Notes under the pieces: generated by a model
What the model saw: only the letters and a program-made list of their open reading frames with translations
Told to the model about the DNA's origin: nothing
Database searches by the model: none
DNA from: Pseudomonadota bacterium
GTDB lineage: Bacteria > Pseudomonadota > Gammaproteobacteria > Burkholderiales > JAJZQI01
Direction: 5' to 3'
Assembly: GCA_021847305.1 (NCBI GenBank)
Contig: JAJZTZ010000001.1
Coordinates: 1 to 58,104 of the forward strand
Length of the DNA stretch: 58,104 nucleotides
In this document: positions 15,596-25,312 of the stretch, one piece after another
Layout: the number at the start of each line of letters is the position of its first letter
Numbering within the stretch: the stretch's first letter is position 1
Program-made: the position numbers and the translations under genes

Positions 15596-16966
15596 ATGTC
15601 AGAACGTAATGCATACACGCATACGGATATGGAACGGTGGTTGACAGAAAACCACGTAACTGAAATCGAATGCCTGGTGCCCGACTTGACGGGCGTTGCG
15701 CGCGGCAAGATTCTGCCGCGCGAGAAATTTTCTGCCGAACGGGCCATGCGCCTGCCGGAGGCGGTGCTCGGCGTGACCGTGACCGGCGAGTCGCCGGAGG
15801 GGCATGCCGGCTACGACAATGTATTCGGTTTTACCGACCGGGATATGGTGCTGATTCCGGATCCGACGACTGTGCGGCTGGTGCCCTGGGCGGTTGATCC
15901 GACGGCGCAGGTGATCATGGATTGCTTCTTCCATGACGGCACGGCGGTGGATTTTGCGCCGCGCAATGTGTTGCGGCGGGTGACCGGGCTGTACAAGGAA
16001 ATGGGCTTGGCGCCTATCGTCGCGCCGGAGCTGGAATTCTATCTGCTGGCGCGCAACGTGGACCCGAACCAGCCGCTGGTGCCGCCGGTGGGCCGCAGCG
16101 GCCGGTCGGAGACCAGCCGCCAGCTGTACAGCATTGATGCCGTGAATGAATTCGATCCGCTGTTCGAGGAAATTTACGATTATTGCGACTTGATGGGACT
16201 CGAGCTGGACACGCTGATTCACGAGTTCGGTGCCGGGCAGATGGAAATCAATTTCCTGCATGACGACCCGATGATCCTGGCCGACAAGGTGTTCTTCTTC
16301 AAGCGCACGCTCAGGGAAGCGGCCTTGCGTCACAACATGTACGCCACTTTCATGGCCAAGCCGATGACCAACGAGCCGGGCTCTGCCATGCATATTCACC
16401 AGAGCCTGGTTGATATGAAGACCGGCCAGAATATTTTCAGCAATGAAGACGGCAACGAGTCCCCGCTCTTCCTGAACTATATCGCCGGCCTGCAAAAATA
16501 TTTGCCTGCGGCGATGGCCTTGCTGGCGCCGTACGTGAATTCGTATCGCCGTATCGTGCGCCACGGCGCTGCGCCGATCAACATCGAATGGGGCTATGAC
16601 AACCGTACCGTGGGGATCCGGGTACCCATTTCCGGTCCGGAAGCGCGGCGAGTCGAGAACCGTGTCGTGGGCGCGGATGCGAATCCGTATCTGGCCATGG
16701 CCGTGACGCTGGCCTGCGGTTACCTGGGCATTGTGGAAAAACTCAAGCCTAGCGAGCCGACCACCGGCAGCGCCTACGATGCCAACTATCAGCTGCCGCG
16801 CGGTTTGTCCGAGGCGCTGCGGATGCTGGAAGGGGCCAAGCCGCTGCATGAGGTGTTGGGTAAAAACTTCATCGATGTCTATGTGGCGGTGAAAGAAACC
16901 GAGCATGACGAATTTATGCGGGTCATCAGCCCATGGGAGCGCGAGCATCTGCTGATGCACGTGTGA
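15596..16966 (+). CDS. puuA: Gamma-glutamylpolyamine synthetase (glutamine synthetase family; SpuB/PuuA-like)
   Basis: The ATG at 15596 follows GGAGA. MSERNAYTHTDMERWL..., PELEFYL, EFGAGQMEINF and NEPGSAMHIHQSL are GS-family motifs. The track ORF 15332.. has a spurious N-terminal extension. Confidence 0.9.
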   Translation: MSERNAYTHTDMERWLTENHVTEIECLVPDLTGVARGKILPREKFSAERAMRLPEAVLGVTVTGESPEGHAGYDNVFGFTDRDMVLIPDPTTVRLVPWAVDPTAQVIMDCFFHDGTAVDFAPRNVLRRVTGLYKEMGLAPIVAPELEFYLLARNVDPNQPLVPPVGRSGRSETSRQLYSIDAVNEFDPLFEEIYDYCDLMGLELDTLIHEFGAGQMEINFLHDDPMILADKVFFFKRTLREAALRHNMYATFMAKPMTNEPGSAMHIHQSLVDMKTGQNIFSNEDGNESPLFLNYIAGLQKYLPAAMALLAPYVNSYRRIVRHGAAPINIEWGYDNRTVGIRVPISGPEARRVENRVVGADANPYLAMAVTLACGYLGIVEKLKPSEPTTGSAYDANYQLPRGLSEALRMLEGAKPLHEVLGKNFIDVYVAVKETEHDEFMRVISPWEREHLLMHV

Positions 16967-17003
16967 GCGGGCGACAAATCAAGGAAACAGTCAGGAGAGC
17001 ATT

Positions 17004-18416
17004 ATGCCGCATACAACCCGCGAAATTCAGACGCTGGATTCGGCGCACTACATTCATCCCTTTACCGACCATAAAGCCCTTGCAGCGCAGGGTGCGCGCG
17101 TCATTGCCAAGGCGGACGGCGTGTATGTGTGGGATTCCGAAGGCAAGCAGATTTTCGACGGCATGTCCGGTCTGTGGTGCGTCAATGTCGGTTATGGACG
17201 GCAGGAGCTGGTGGATGCGGCCAGCCGGCAAATGTCGACGCTGCCGTACTACAACAGCTTCTTCAAAACGACCAATGTGCCAGCCGCGGAGCTGGCTGAC
17301 CGTATCGTCGGTCTGGCGGGAGACAATTTCTCGCACGTCTTTTACAGCTCATCCGGTTCCGAATCAAATGATACTAATGTGCGTATGGTGCGCCATTATT
17401 GGGCAAGTTTGGGTCAACCTGAGCGAAAAGTGATCATCAGCCGCAAAAATGCCTATCACGGTTCCACCATGTGCGGTGCGTCGCTGGGCGGCATGTCGGG
17501 CATGCACGCGCAGGGCGGCTTGCCGATTCCCGATATCGTCCATATCGAACAGCCCTATCACTTCGCGCTCGCACCGGCAAAGGATCGCGACGCATTCGGT
17601 CTGGAAGCGGCTTCCTGGCTGGAAGAGAAAATTCTCGCAGTCGGGCCGGAAAAAGTGGCGGCCTTTATCGGCGAACCCGTGCAGGGCGCGGGTGGCGTGA
17701 TTATCCCGCCCAAAACCTACTGGCCGGAAATCCAGCGTATTTGCGATAAATACGGGATTTTGCTGATCAGCGACGAGGTGATTTGCGGTTTCGGCCGTCT
17801 CGGTACCTGGTTCGGTTCTGAATTAATGGGAGCAAAGCCCGACCTGATGACCTTCGCCAAGGGGGTGACCTCCGGCTACATCCCGCTGGGCGGGGTGGTG
17901 GTGAGCAAGCGGGTGGCCGACGTCCTGATCAACAAGGGCGGCGAGTTCAATCACGGCTACACTTATTCCGGTCATCCGGTAGCTTGCGCTGTTGCCCTGG
18001 CCAACATCGACATCATTGAAAAAGAAGGGTTGGTACAGCGGGTGAAGGAAGAAACTGGCCCGCATCTTGCTGCGCATTTTGCGGCACTTTCCGATCATCC
18101 GCTGGTGGCTGGCGCTGAAACGTGCGGCATGGTGGGCGGTTTGGTCCTGATGCAGGATAAAAACAGGCATTTGTCATTTGATGAGGCTTTGGAAGTGGGC
18201 ATGATCTGCCGCGAGCATTGTTTCGCCAATGGACTGGTGATGCGGGCGGTGGGCGATCGCATGATTATTGCTCCGCCGCTGTCCTGCACCAAAGCCGATA
18301 TCGATGAAATGATGAAGCGGGTTCGTATTTGTCTGGATGCGACTTTGGCGGATGTTAGAACGCGCGGCTGGATGGGGGCGGAAGAGAGCGTACAAGCCTC
18401 CGCCGGCATGGCCTAG
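17004..18416 (+). CDS. spuC: Putrescine--pyruvate aminotransferase-like class-III transaminase
   Basis: 470 aa with SSSGSESNDT, SDEVICGFGRLG and FAKGVTSGY (PLP Lys). Confidence 0.9.
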   Translation: MPHTTREIQTLDSAHYIHPFTDHKALAAQGARVIAKADGVYVWDSEGKQIFDGMSGLWCVNVGYGRQELVDAASRQMSTLPYYNSFFKTTNVPAAELADRIVGLAGDNFSHVFYSSSGSESNDTNVRMVRHYWASLGQPERKVIISRKNAYHGSTMCGASLGGMSGMHAQGGLPIPDIVHIEQPYHFALAPAKDRDAFGLEAASWLEEKILAVGPEKVAAFIGEPVQGAGGVIIPPKTYWPEIQRICDKYGILLISDEVICGFGRLGTWFGSELMGAKPDLMTFAKGVTSGYIPLGGVVVSKRVADVLINKGGEFNHGYTYSGHPVACAVALANIDIIEKEGLVQRVKEETGPHLAAHFAALSDHPLVAGAETCGMVGGLVLMQDKNRHLSFDEALEVGMICREHCFANGLVMRAVGDRMIIAPPLSCTKADIDEMMKRVRICLDATLADVRTRGWMGAEESVQASAGMA

Positions 18417-18525
18417 GCATGATAGGATTGCTCACTTGCGAGTAGCGGACGGGCAGTTGGACGGCCAAAGCGCGCACGGTTTTGAAATTTGTCACTTAGT
18501 CACTTAACTGGAAGGAGAACTTCGC

Positions 18526-19644
18526 ATGAAATCGCCGTTCAAGAAGCGCCTGGCAGGTGTGCTGGCTGCAGTCATGGTTACGCTGGGTGTATCGGCCGTC
18601 GCATCGGCAGATGAGGAAAAAGTCCTCAATATCTATAATTGGTCCGACTACATCGCGCCGGACACGATTGCCAATTTCGAGAAAGAAACGGGCATCAAGG
18701 TGCGCTATGACAATTTCGACAGTAATGAAACGCTGCACGCCAAGCTGGTGGCAGGCAAGACCGGCTATGACATCGTGGTCCCCTCGTCCAACTGGGCGAC
18801 CATCCAGCTGCGTGGCGGACTGCTGCAGAAACTCGACAAGAGCAAGCTGCCCAACTGGAAAAACATCGATCCGACCATCCTGAGCCAACTGGGCACCCTG
18901 GACCCGGGCAATCAATACCTGGTTGACTGGCTGTGGGGCTACACCACCGTGGGCATCAACGTTGACAAGGTGAAGAAAGCCCTGGGCGGCATGCCGATGC
19001 CGGACAACGTGTGGGAGCTGGTGTTCAACCCGCAATACATGAAAAAGGTGAAGTCCTGCGGCGTTTCCTTCCTTGACGCGCCTTCCGAAGTGGTACCGGC
19101 CGCCCTGCACTATCTGAACAAGCCGATCGACAGCAAGAACCAGGCTGACTACAATGAAGCTGGCACCATGCTGGCCAAGATTCGTCCGTACGTGACGCTG
19201 TTCTCCTCTTCCGGCTACATCAACGACATGGCCAATGGTTCCATCTGTGTGGCCCTGGGCTGGTCCGGCGACATCAACATCGCCCGTCAGCGTGCAATTG
19301 CGAACAAGTCCGGTCAGAACATCGAAGCATTGATCCCGAAAAACGGCGGCCTGGCTTTCTTCGATACCATGGCCATTCCGGCGGACGCGCCACACCCGGA
19401 AAATGCGCACAAGTTCATCAACTACATTCTGACTCCGAAAGTCGACGCTTCGCTGACCAATACCGTGTTCTACGCCAACCCGAACAAGGCATCCCTGCCG
19501 TATGTGACCCCGGTTGTGGCCAACAACAAGACAGTGTTCCTGTCTGACGAAGACAAAAAGAAACTGGTGATGCCGGCCGTACAGACGAACGATGTTCGCC
19601 GTCTGGCTACTCGCGTATACACCCGCTTCAAGACCGGTCTGTAA
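18526..19644 (+). CDS. potF: Putrescine/spermidine ABC transporter periplasmic binding protein
   Basis: Signal peptide, then LNIYNWSDYIAPDTIANFEKETGIKV, typical of PotF/PotD. Confidence 0.92.
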   Translation: MKSPFKKRLAGVLAAVMVTLGVSAVASADEEKVLNIYNWSDYIAPDTIANFEKETGIKVRYDNFDSNETLHAKLVAGKTGYDIVVPSSNWATIQLRGGLLQKLDKSKLPNWKNIDPTILSQLGTLDPGNQYLVDWLWGYTTVGINVDKVKKALGGMPMPDNVWELVFNPQYMKKVKSCGVSFLDAPSEVVPAALHYLNKPIDSKNQADYNEAGTMLAKIRPYVTLFSSSGYINDMANGSICVALGWSGDINIARQRAIANKSGQNIEALIPKNGGLAFFDTMAIPADAPHPENAHKFINYILTPKVDASLTNTVFYANPNKASLPYVTPVVANNKTVFLSDEDKKKLVMPAVQTNDVRRLATRVYTRFKTGL

Positions 19645-19657
19645 TACCTGACGGTTG

Positions 19658-19701
19658 GGAGCCCGCGTAAAAGGCGGGCTCCTCCCTGCAGCTGCAGGGA
19701 G
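19658..19701 (+). other. Two adjacent GC-rich hairpins between potF and potG
   Basis: GGAGCCCGC-7 nt-GCGGGCTCC lies at 19658-19682. The perfect 20-nt palindrome CTCCCTGCAGCTGCAGGGAG lies at 19682-19701. No T-tract. Confidence 0.5.
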
Positions 19702-19726
19702 CCAAGTTTCACTAGGAGAATTTTGC

Positions 19727-20839
19727 ATGGCAGTAACCAAGGACACTCCAGTCCGGGAAGACTTATTGCGTATCGAAGGGCTGAGCAAGGTCTTCGATGA
19801 GAGTGTGCGCGCTGTTGATGACGTTTCCCTGCGCGTGGCAAAAGGCGAAATTTTCGCCTTGCTGGGAAGCTCGGGTTGCGGCAAATCCACCCTGTTGCGG
19901 ATGCTGGCCGGATTTGAAGCGCCCACCGCCGGAAAGATCTATTTGGCCGGTAAGGATATAACCAATCTGCCGCCTTATCAGCGGCCGATCAATATGATGT
20001 TTCAGTCGTATGCCCTGTTTCCGCACCTGAATGTGTGGGACAACGTGGCGTTCGGCTTGCGGCGCGACGGCATGCCCAAGGGGGACGTTGCCGAGCGCGT
20101 TGAATCGATGCTCAAGCTGGTGCAACTCACCAAGTTCGCCAAACGTAAACCGCACCAGTTGTCCGGCGGGCAACAGCAACGCGTGGCTTTGGCCCGCAGT
20201 CTGGCCAAGCGCCCGCAACTGCTGCTGCTGGACGAACCGCTGGGGGCATTGGACAAAAAGCTGCGGGAGTCGACCCAGCTTGAATTGGTCAACATTATCG
20301 AAGAAGTGGGCGTAACGTGCGTGCTGGTGACGCATGACCAGGAAGAGGCCATGACGATGGCTTCGCGCATCGCCGTGATGAGCGAGGGCAGCTTCAAGCA
20401 GGTAGGCTCGCCGAGTGAAATTTACGAAACCCCCAACAGCCGTCTGGTGGCGGACTTCGTGGGCAATGTGAACATTTTTGATGGTCAAGTGGTGGAAGAT
20501 GAGGCCGATCACGTGACGGTGAGCTGCCCGGAATGCATGCATTACGTGGGTCACGGCATTACCGGCACACAAGGCATGGCTGTCGGAGTGGCGCTCCGCC
20601 CGGAAAAAATCCAGCTGTTGCGCGAGCAGCCGCAAGGTCCGCATAACTGGTGTGAAGGGACGATCGAGGACATCGCCTATTTTGGCGCATATACCACTTA
20701 TCACCTCAAGCTGAAAACGGGCATGGTCCTCAAGGTGCAGCAGGCCAATCTGTCGCGCCACAATGTCCAGGACCCGACCTGGGGCGACAAGGTCTATGCC
20801 GAGTGGAGTGCAGACTCCATGGTCGTGCTGACGCATTAA
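19727..20839 (+). CDS. potG: Polyamine ABC transporter ATPase
   Basis: The ATG at 19727 follows AGGAGA. Walker A GSSGCGKST, signature LSGGQQQRVALARSL, Walker B LLLLDEP. Confidence 0.93.
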   Translation: MAVTKDTPVREDLLRIEGLSKVFDESVRAVDDVSLRVAKGEIFALLGSSGCGKSTLLRMLAGFEAPTAGKIYLAGKDITNLPPYQRPINMMFQSYALFPHLNVWDNVAFGLRRDGMPKGDVAERVESMLKLVQLTKFAKRKPHQLSGGQQQRVALARSLAKRPQLLLLDEPLGALDKKLRESTQLELVNIIEEVGVTCVLVTHDQEEAMTMASRIAVMSEGSFKQVGSPSEIYETPNSRLVADFVGNVNIFDGQVVEDEADHVTVSCPECMHYVGHGITGTQGMAVGVALRPEKIQLLREQPQGPHNWCEGTIEDIAYFGAYTTYHLKLKTGMVLKVQQANLSRHNVQDPTWGDKVYAEWSADSMVVLTH

Positions 20840-20851
20840 CGGAGCCGGTAG

Positions 20852-21763
20852 ATGCTTGCAAACCTCTTCCAGCGCATGCGCGGCCTGATCAGCGGCAAAC
20901 GACTGGTCATCTCCATCCCGATGATCTGGCTGTTCACTCTCGCCGCCGCGCCGTTGCTGATCGCGCTCGATTTCAGCTTCTCGCAGATGGATATTGCTTC
21001 GGTCGCCAGCCTGACGCAGTGGGCCGACAATACCCTGACGATCAAGCTGAATTTGGGCAACTACCTGTTCCTCGGCGACGACCCGCTGTATTTCAAGACG
21101 TATCTGTCGTCGTTGAAGTTCGCCGGCACAACCACGCTCTGGTGCCTCGTGCTCGGTTATCCCTTCGCCTACTTCATGGCGCGTGCCCGGGCGCATCTGC
21201 GGCCCATGCTGCTGATGTTGGTCATGCTGCCTTTCTGGACATCTTTCCTGCTGCGGATTTATGCCTGGAAAACCCTGCTGATCAGCAATGGTCTGGTGAA
21301 CAACGCGTTGATGGCGCTCGGTATTATCGACGCCCCCTTGCAGATGCTGAACACACCGTTCTCGCTGACCATCGGCATGGTGTACGCCTACCTGCCGTTC
21401 ATGATCCTGCCCCTGTATGCCAACCTGGTCAAAATGGACACCCGTTTGATCGAGGCGGCAGCGGACCTGGGAGCCAGTCCGTGGAAAACATTCTGGCTGA
21501 TCACCGTGCCGTTGTCCAAGCGCGGCATCATCGCCGGTTCCCTGCTGGTATTCATTCCGGCGGTAGGCGAATACGTCATACCCGAACTGCTGGGCGGTCC
21601 GGAAACCATCATGATCGGTCGCGTGCTGTGGGACGAGTTCTTCAGCAACAACGATTGGCCGATGGCATCTGCCGTGACGATCGTGATGATTCTGCTGATT
21701 CTGGTGCCGATGGCCATCTTCAACAAATACAGCGATGGCGGTCAGGAAGGGGAGAAGACATGA
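20852..21763 (+). CDS. potH: Polyamine ABC transporter permease
   Basis: 303 aa, multi-TM, with the EAA loop IEAAADLGASPWKTFWLITVPL. Confidence 0.92.
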   Translation: MLANLFQRMRGLISGKRLVISIPMIWLFTLAAAPLLIALDFSFSQMDIASVASLTQWADNTLTIKLNLGNYLFLGDDPLYFKTYLSSLKFAGTTTLWCLVLGYPFAYFMARARAHLRPMLLMLVMLPFWTSFLLRIYAWKTLLISNGLVNNALMALGIIDAPLQMLNTPFSLTIGMVYAYLPFMILPLYANLVKMDTRLIEAAADLGASPWKTFWLITVPLSKRGIIAGSLLVFIPAVGEYVIPELLGGPETIMIGRVLWDEFFSNNDWPMASAVTIVMILLILVPMAIFNKYSDGGQEGEKT

Positions 21764-22590
21764 AAAACCTCTTCGGCAGAAGCTGGCTGATTGCCGTTTA
21801 TACCTTCCTGTACATCCCCATCGTGACGCTGGTGGTGTATTCCTTCAATGCGTCTCCATTGGTGACCGTGTGGTCGGAATTCACCTTCAAATGGTATGCC
21901 GCGCTGGCGCACGACACGGAATTGACCGGCGGTCTGGTGCTGTCGCTGAAAGTGGCGCTCATGAGCGGCCTCATGTCGGTATTTTTCGGCACATTCACCG
22001 CCTTTGCCCTGGTGCGCTACCGGAAATTCCGCGGCCGCACCTTCCTGGCTTCGATGGCGAATGCGCCGCTGGTGATGCCTGACGTCATTGTCGGTTTGTC
22101 GCTGCTGCTCATGCTGGTCACGGTTCAGCGCTGGTTCGGCTTTCCGGAGCGGGGCATATTCACGATTCTGCTGGGCCATGCGCTCACCGGTACGGCGTAT
22201 GCGGCGGTGGTCGTGATGTCGCGCCTGCGTGAATTCGACACCCGGATGGAAGAGGCGGCCATGGATCTGGGCTGCAAACCCTGGCAGGTGTTCACTCTGG
22301 TGACCTTGCCGTTGATTGCGCCGGCGCTGATTTCAGCCTTCCTGCTGACGTTCACGCTGTCCTTCGACGACGTGGTGTTGGCGGCGTTCCTTTCGGGACC
22401 CGGATCGACCACCCTGCCGCTGGTGATTTTCTCGCGTGCTCGCTTGGGCCTGAATCCGTCCATTAACGCGATTGCGACGGCGATTATCACCGTGGTCAGC
22501 ATAGCCGTCATCGCATCGAGTATTTACCAAGCGCGGGCGGAACGACGACGCCAGCGTGAAATGGCTGAAGCATACGCGCAGGCCAATTAG
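21760..22590 (+). CDS. potI: Polyamine ABC transporter permease
   Basis: ATGA overlap with the potH stop. MKNLFGRSWLIAVYTFLYIPI..., EAA loop MEEAAMDLGCKPWQVFTLVTLPL. The first 319 codons of track ORF 20803.. are an out-of-frame artefact over potH. Confidence 0.92.
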   Translation: MKNLFGRSWLIAVYTFLYIPIVTLVVYSFNASPLVTVWSEFTFKWYAALAHDTELTGGLVLSLKVALMSGLMSVFFGTFTAFALVRYRKFRGRTFLASMANAPLVMPDVIVGLSLLLMLVTVQRWFGFPERGIFTILLGHALTGTAYAAVVVMSRLREFDTRMEEAAMDLGCKPWQVFTLVTLPLIAPALISAFLLTFTLSFDDVVLAAFLSGPGSTTLPLVIFSRARLGLNPSINAIATAIITVVSIAVIASSIYQARAERRRQREMAEAYAQAN

Positions 22591-22648
22591 TCGACTGAAG
22601 CTGCAACTTGATTTGATTTCGTTTGATGTAACTTAAAGGGAGAGAAAC

Positions 22649-23752
22649 ATGAAGCGAGGGAAAGAAAGTTGTTAACCTTGCCAAAACTCGGTGTTTTGGC
22701 AGTCGCACTGGCATTGGGCACCTCTGTTCCGGCTTATGCCGCCGGTCAGACGCCTGACCAAATGAAGCAGCGCATCGAGCAACTGGAAAGTCAGGTGCAG
22801 AAGCTGCAGGAACTGGTGGAAAAGGCCATGGCAAAAGCCGATCAAGCGGCGAATGCCACGGCCGCTACGGCCGATCAGACCGCCGAGGTCAACCGTCTCA
22901 GCGTCAAGGTCGACGCCATGGACGACGCTGCCGAGGCGAGCGGGTTCAAGGATCTCAAGATCACCGGCATGATCGACCCGACCTATATCTACAACAAGGC
23001 GCAGGACAGCTCCGGCTTCAACTTCCTGAGCAATTTCGACGGGCGTGATGGCAATGAAATTTATGCCTACGATAATTCCTTCTTCGGCCAGGCCATGGTG
23101 GAACTTGACAAGACCTTCGAGAACGGCACCCTGCTGAAATTGATTCTGGCGCCGCACAAGAGCACGGCTTCCGGCTACAACCTGCTGTTCGACTTCACCC
23201 TGCCGTCGTTCTACACCGGTGCCGGCGCCGAGCTCAAACGCGGTGATTGGGAATCAAGGCATTGGTGGCCAACCTGAACAAGGTAAGCCACCCGAGCGGC
23301 GAAAAGAATCCGATCGTGACCGTGCGCGCTGATTACTCCATCAATGAATTTGCCGGTTTCGGTTTTGCCGGTCAAACCGGTCAGCTGGATCACAACCAGT
23401 TGAACATGTTTGAAGTGGACGGTTTCCATACCCGTGGTGACTGGAACTGGAACGGCCAGATCGGCGCCGGTTACGTGTGATGGCACAAATTGCGGCCGGC
23501 GATTATCGCAACGGCTTCGGTCCGACTGCCCGGGATGCAACCGACTACGCCAACGGTGCGATCGACTCCATCAGCGGTGCCAATCGCAGTGCGTTGGCTC
23601 TGGGTCTGAACTACGCCCTGACAGCCAACTTGATGTTGAAAGCGGAATATCGTTTCGATCATACCGATCGCGACATGTTCTACTACGTGAAGGACGGTAC
23701 TTACAAGAAAGACAATCAGGTGTTCGGTGTTTCTACCGTCCTGAGCTTCTAA
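22649..23752 (+). pseudogene. Outer-membrane beta-barrel-like protein (possibly DUF3138-like) broken by 2-3 single-base frameshifts
   Basis: An RBS plus ATG sits at 22649 in frame 2. The signal peptide and coiled coil are in frame 1 (22669-~23240). The continuation LGIKALVANLNK... is in frame 3 (to 23480). Then AQIAAGDYRNGFG...VFGVSTVLSF (terminal Phe) is in frame 2. Confidence 0.6.
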
Positions 23753-23819
23753 AAGTATCGCCAGCAGTACAAGCGGGCCGTTCGGCCCGCTTGCAAATAC
23801 GTTTTGCCCTGGAGTTTTC

Positions 23820-25280
23820 ATGTCTATTCAGTTGAACCATCCATCATTGTTGAAAAAATCGTCGGCCTGGCTGGGCGGACAATGGGTGGGCGCCGATTCG
23901 GGCGCAAGCATCAAAGTTCGTAACCCTGCGACAGGTGAAATCCTGGCGGAGGTGCCGCTCATGGGGCGGGTTGAAACGGAGCGGGCCATTGTCGAGGCGG
24001 CTCTGGCACAAAAACAATGGCGGGCGCTGGCAGCAAAAGAGCGTTCGGCCCGATTGAAAAAATGGTTCAGCCTGATGCTGGAACATCAGGAGGATCTGGC
24101 GCACATTCTCACCGCCGAGCAGGGTAAACCGCTGGCGGAAGCGCGTGGCGAAATTGCCTATGGGGCGAGTTTTATCGAATGGTTCGCCGAGGAGGCAAAG
24201 CGCGTCTACGGCGAGGTGATTCCGGCATCGCAGACGGGCCGGCGGCTGCTGGTATTGAAACAACCCATCGGAGTGACGGCAGCCATTACACCGTGGAATT
24301 TCCCCGCTGCGATGATTACCCGTAAAGCCGCCCCTGCGCTGGCTGCGGGTTGCTCGATGATTGTCAAGCCGGCGGAACAGACGCCGTTGTCGGCGCTGGC
24401 CCTGGCCGTGCTGGCGGAAGAGGCGGGCATTCCCGGCGGTGTGTTCCAGGTGATTACCGGCGATGCAAAGGAAATCGGCGCAGCCATTTGCGCCAGCCCG
24501 ATCGTGACCAAGCTGTCGTTTACCGGTTCGACCGAAGTCGGCCGCATTCTCATGCGGCAAAGCGCCGACACAATCAAGAAACTGTCGCTGGAATTGGGTG
24601 GCAACGCGCCTTTCATCGTGTTCGACGATGCCGATCTCGATGCCGCCGTCGAAGGCGCAATTGCCAGTAAATACCGCAATGCCGGCCAGACCTGCGTCTG
24701 CGCTAATAGATTGTTCGTACAGGACGGCATTTTCGACGCCTTCGCGCAGAAACTGGCCGACCGCGTGGCGCAATTGCAAGTGGGTGACGGATTTTCTGAA
24801 GGCGTGACTCAGGGGCCGCTGATCGACGATGCTGCGCTGCAGAAAGTGGAAAGCCATGTGGCCGACGCGGTGGCCAAAGGCGCCAAGCTGGTGGTGGGCG
24901 GCCAGCGGCACGCACTGGGCGGCACATTCTACCAGCCCACGGTGCTGGCTGACGTGAGCCCGGACTCCATGGTCTTCCGCGAGGAAACGTTCGGTCCGGT
25001 GGCGCCGCTGTTCCGTTTCAAAACGGACGATGAGGTGATCGAGCTGGCCAACCGCACGGAGTTCGGTCTGGCCTCCTATTTCTTCAGTCGGGATGTCGGC
25101 CGCATCTGGCGTGTTGCCGAAGCGCTGGAATACGGCATGGTGGGGGTGAATACCGGCATCATTTCCAGCGAGGTGGCGCCGTTCGGCGGCGTGAAACAGT
25201 CGGGCCTGGGGCGCGAAGGGTCGCATTACGGCATCGACGAATATCTGGAAATCAAATATGTCGCCATGGCGGGTCTGTAA
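23820..25280 (+). CDS. gabD: Succinate-semialdehyde dehydrogenase
   Basis: 486 aa aldehyde dehydrogenase with LELGGNAP and QTCVCANR (catalytic Cys). The N-terminus is GabD-like. Confidence 0.9.
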   Translation: MSIQLNHPSLLKKSSAWLGGQWVGADSGASIKVRNPATGEILAEVPLMGRVETERAIVEAALAQKQWRALAAKERSARLKKWFSLMLEHQEDLAHILTAEQGKPLAEARGEIAYGASFIEWFAEEAKRVYGEVIPASQTGRRLLVLKQPIGVTAAITPWNFPAAMITRKAAPALAAGCSMIVKPAEQTPLSALALAVLAEEAGIPGGVFQVITGDAKEIGAAICASPIVTKLSFTGSTEVGRILMRQSADTIKKLSLELGGNAPFIVFDDADLDAAVEGAIASKYRNAGQTCVCANRLFVQDGIFDAFAQKLADRVAQLQVGDGFSEGVTQGPLIDDAALQKVESHVADAVAKGAKLVVGGQRHALGGTFYQPTVLADVSPDSMVFREETFGPVAPLFRFKTDDEVIELANRTEFGLASYFFSRDVGRIWRVAEALEYGMVGVNTGIISSEVAPFGGVKQSGLGREGSHYGIDEYLEIKYVAMAGL

Positions 25281-25312
25281 GCCCGGGCGCAAACAAGCTG
25301 TAAGGACAGGTT

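Noticed and set aside
20803-22590. 595-aa ORF suggesting a fused potH-potI protein
   Set aside because: The first ~319 codons are an alternative frame over potH with Arg/Ala/His-rich nonsense sequence. A genuine PotI starts at the ATG at 21760, overlapping the potH stop.
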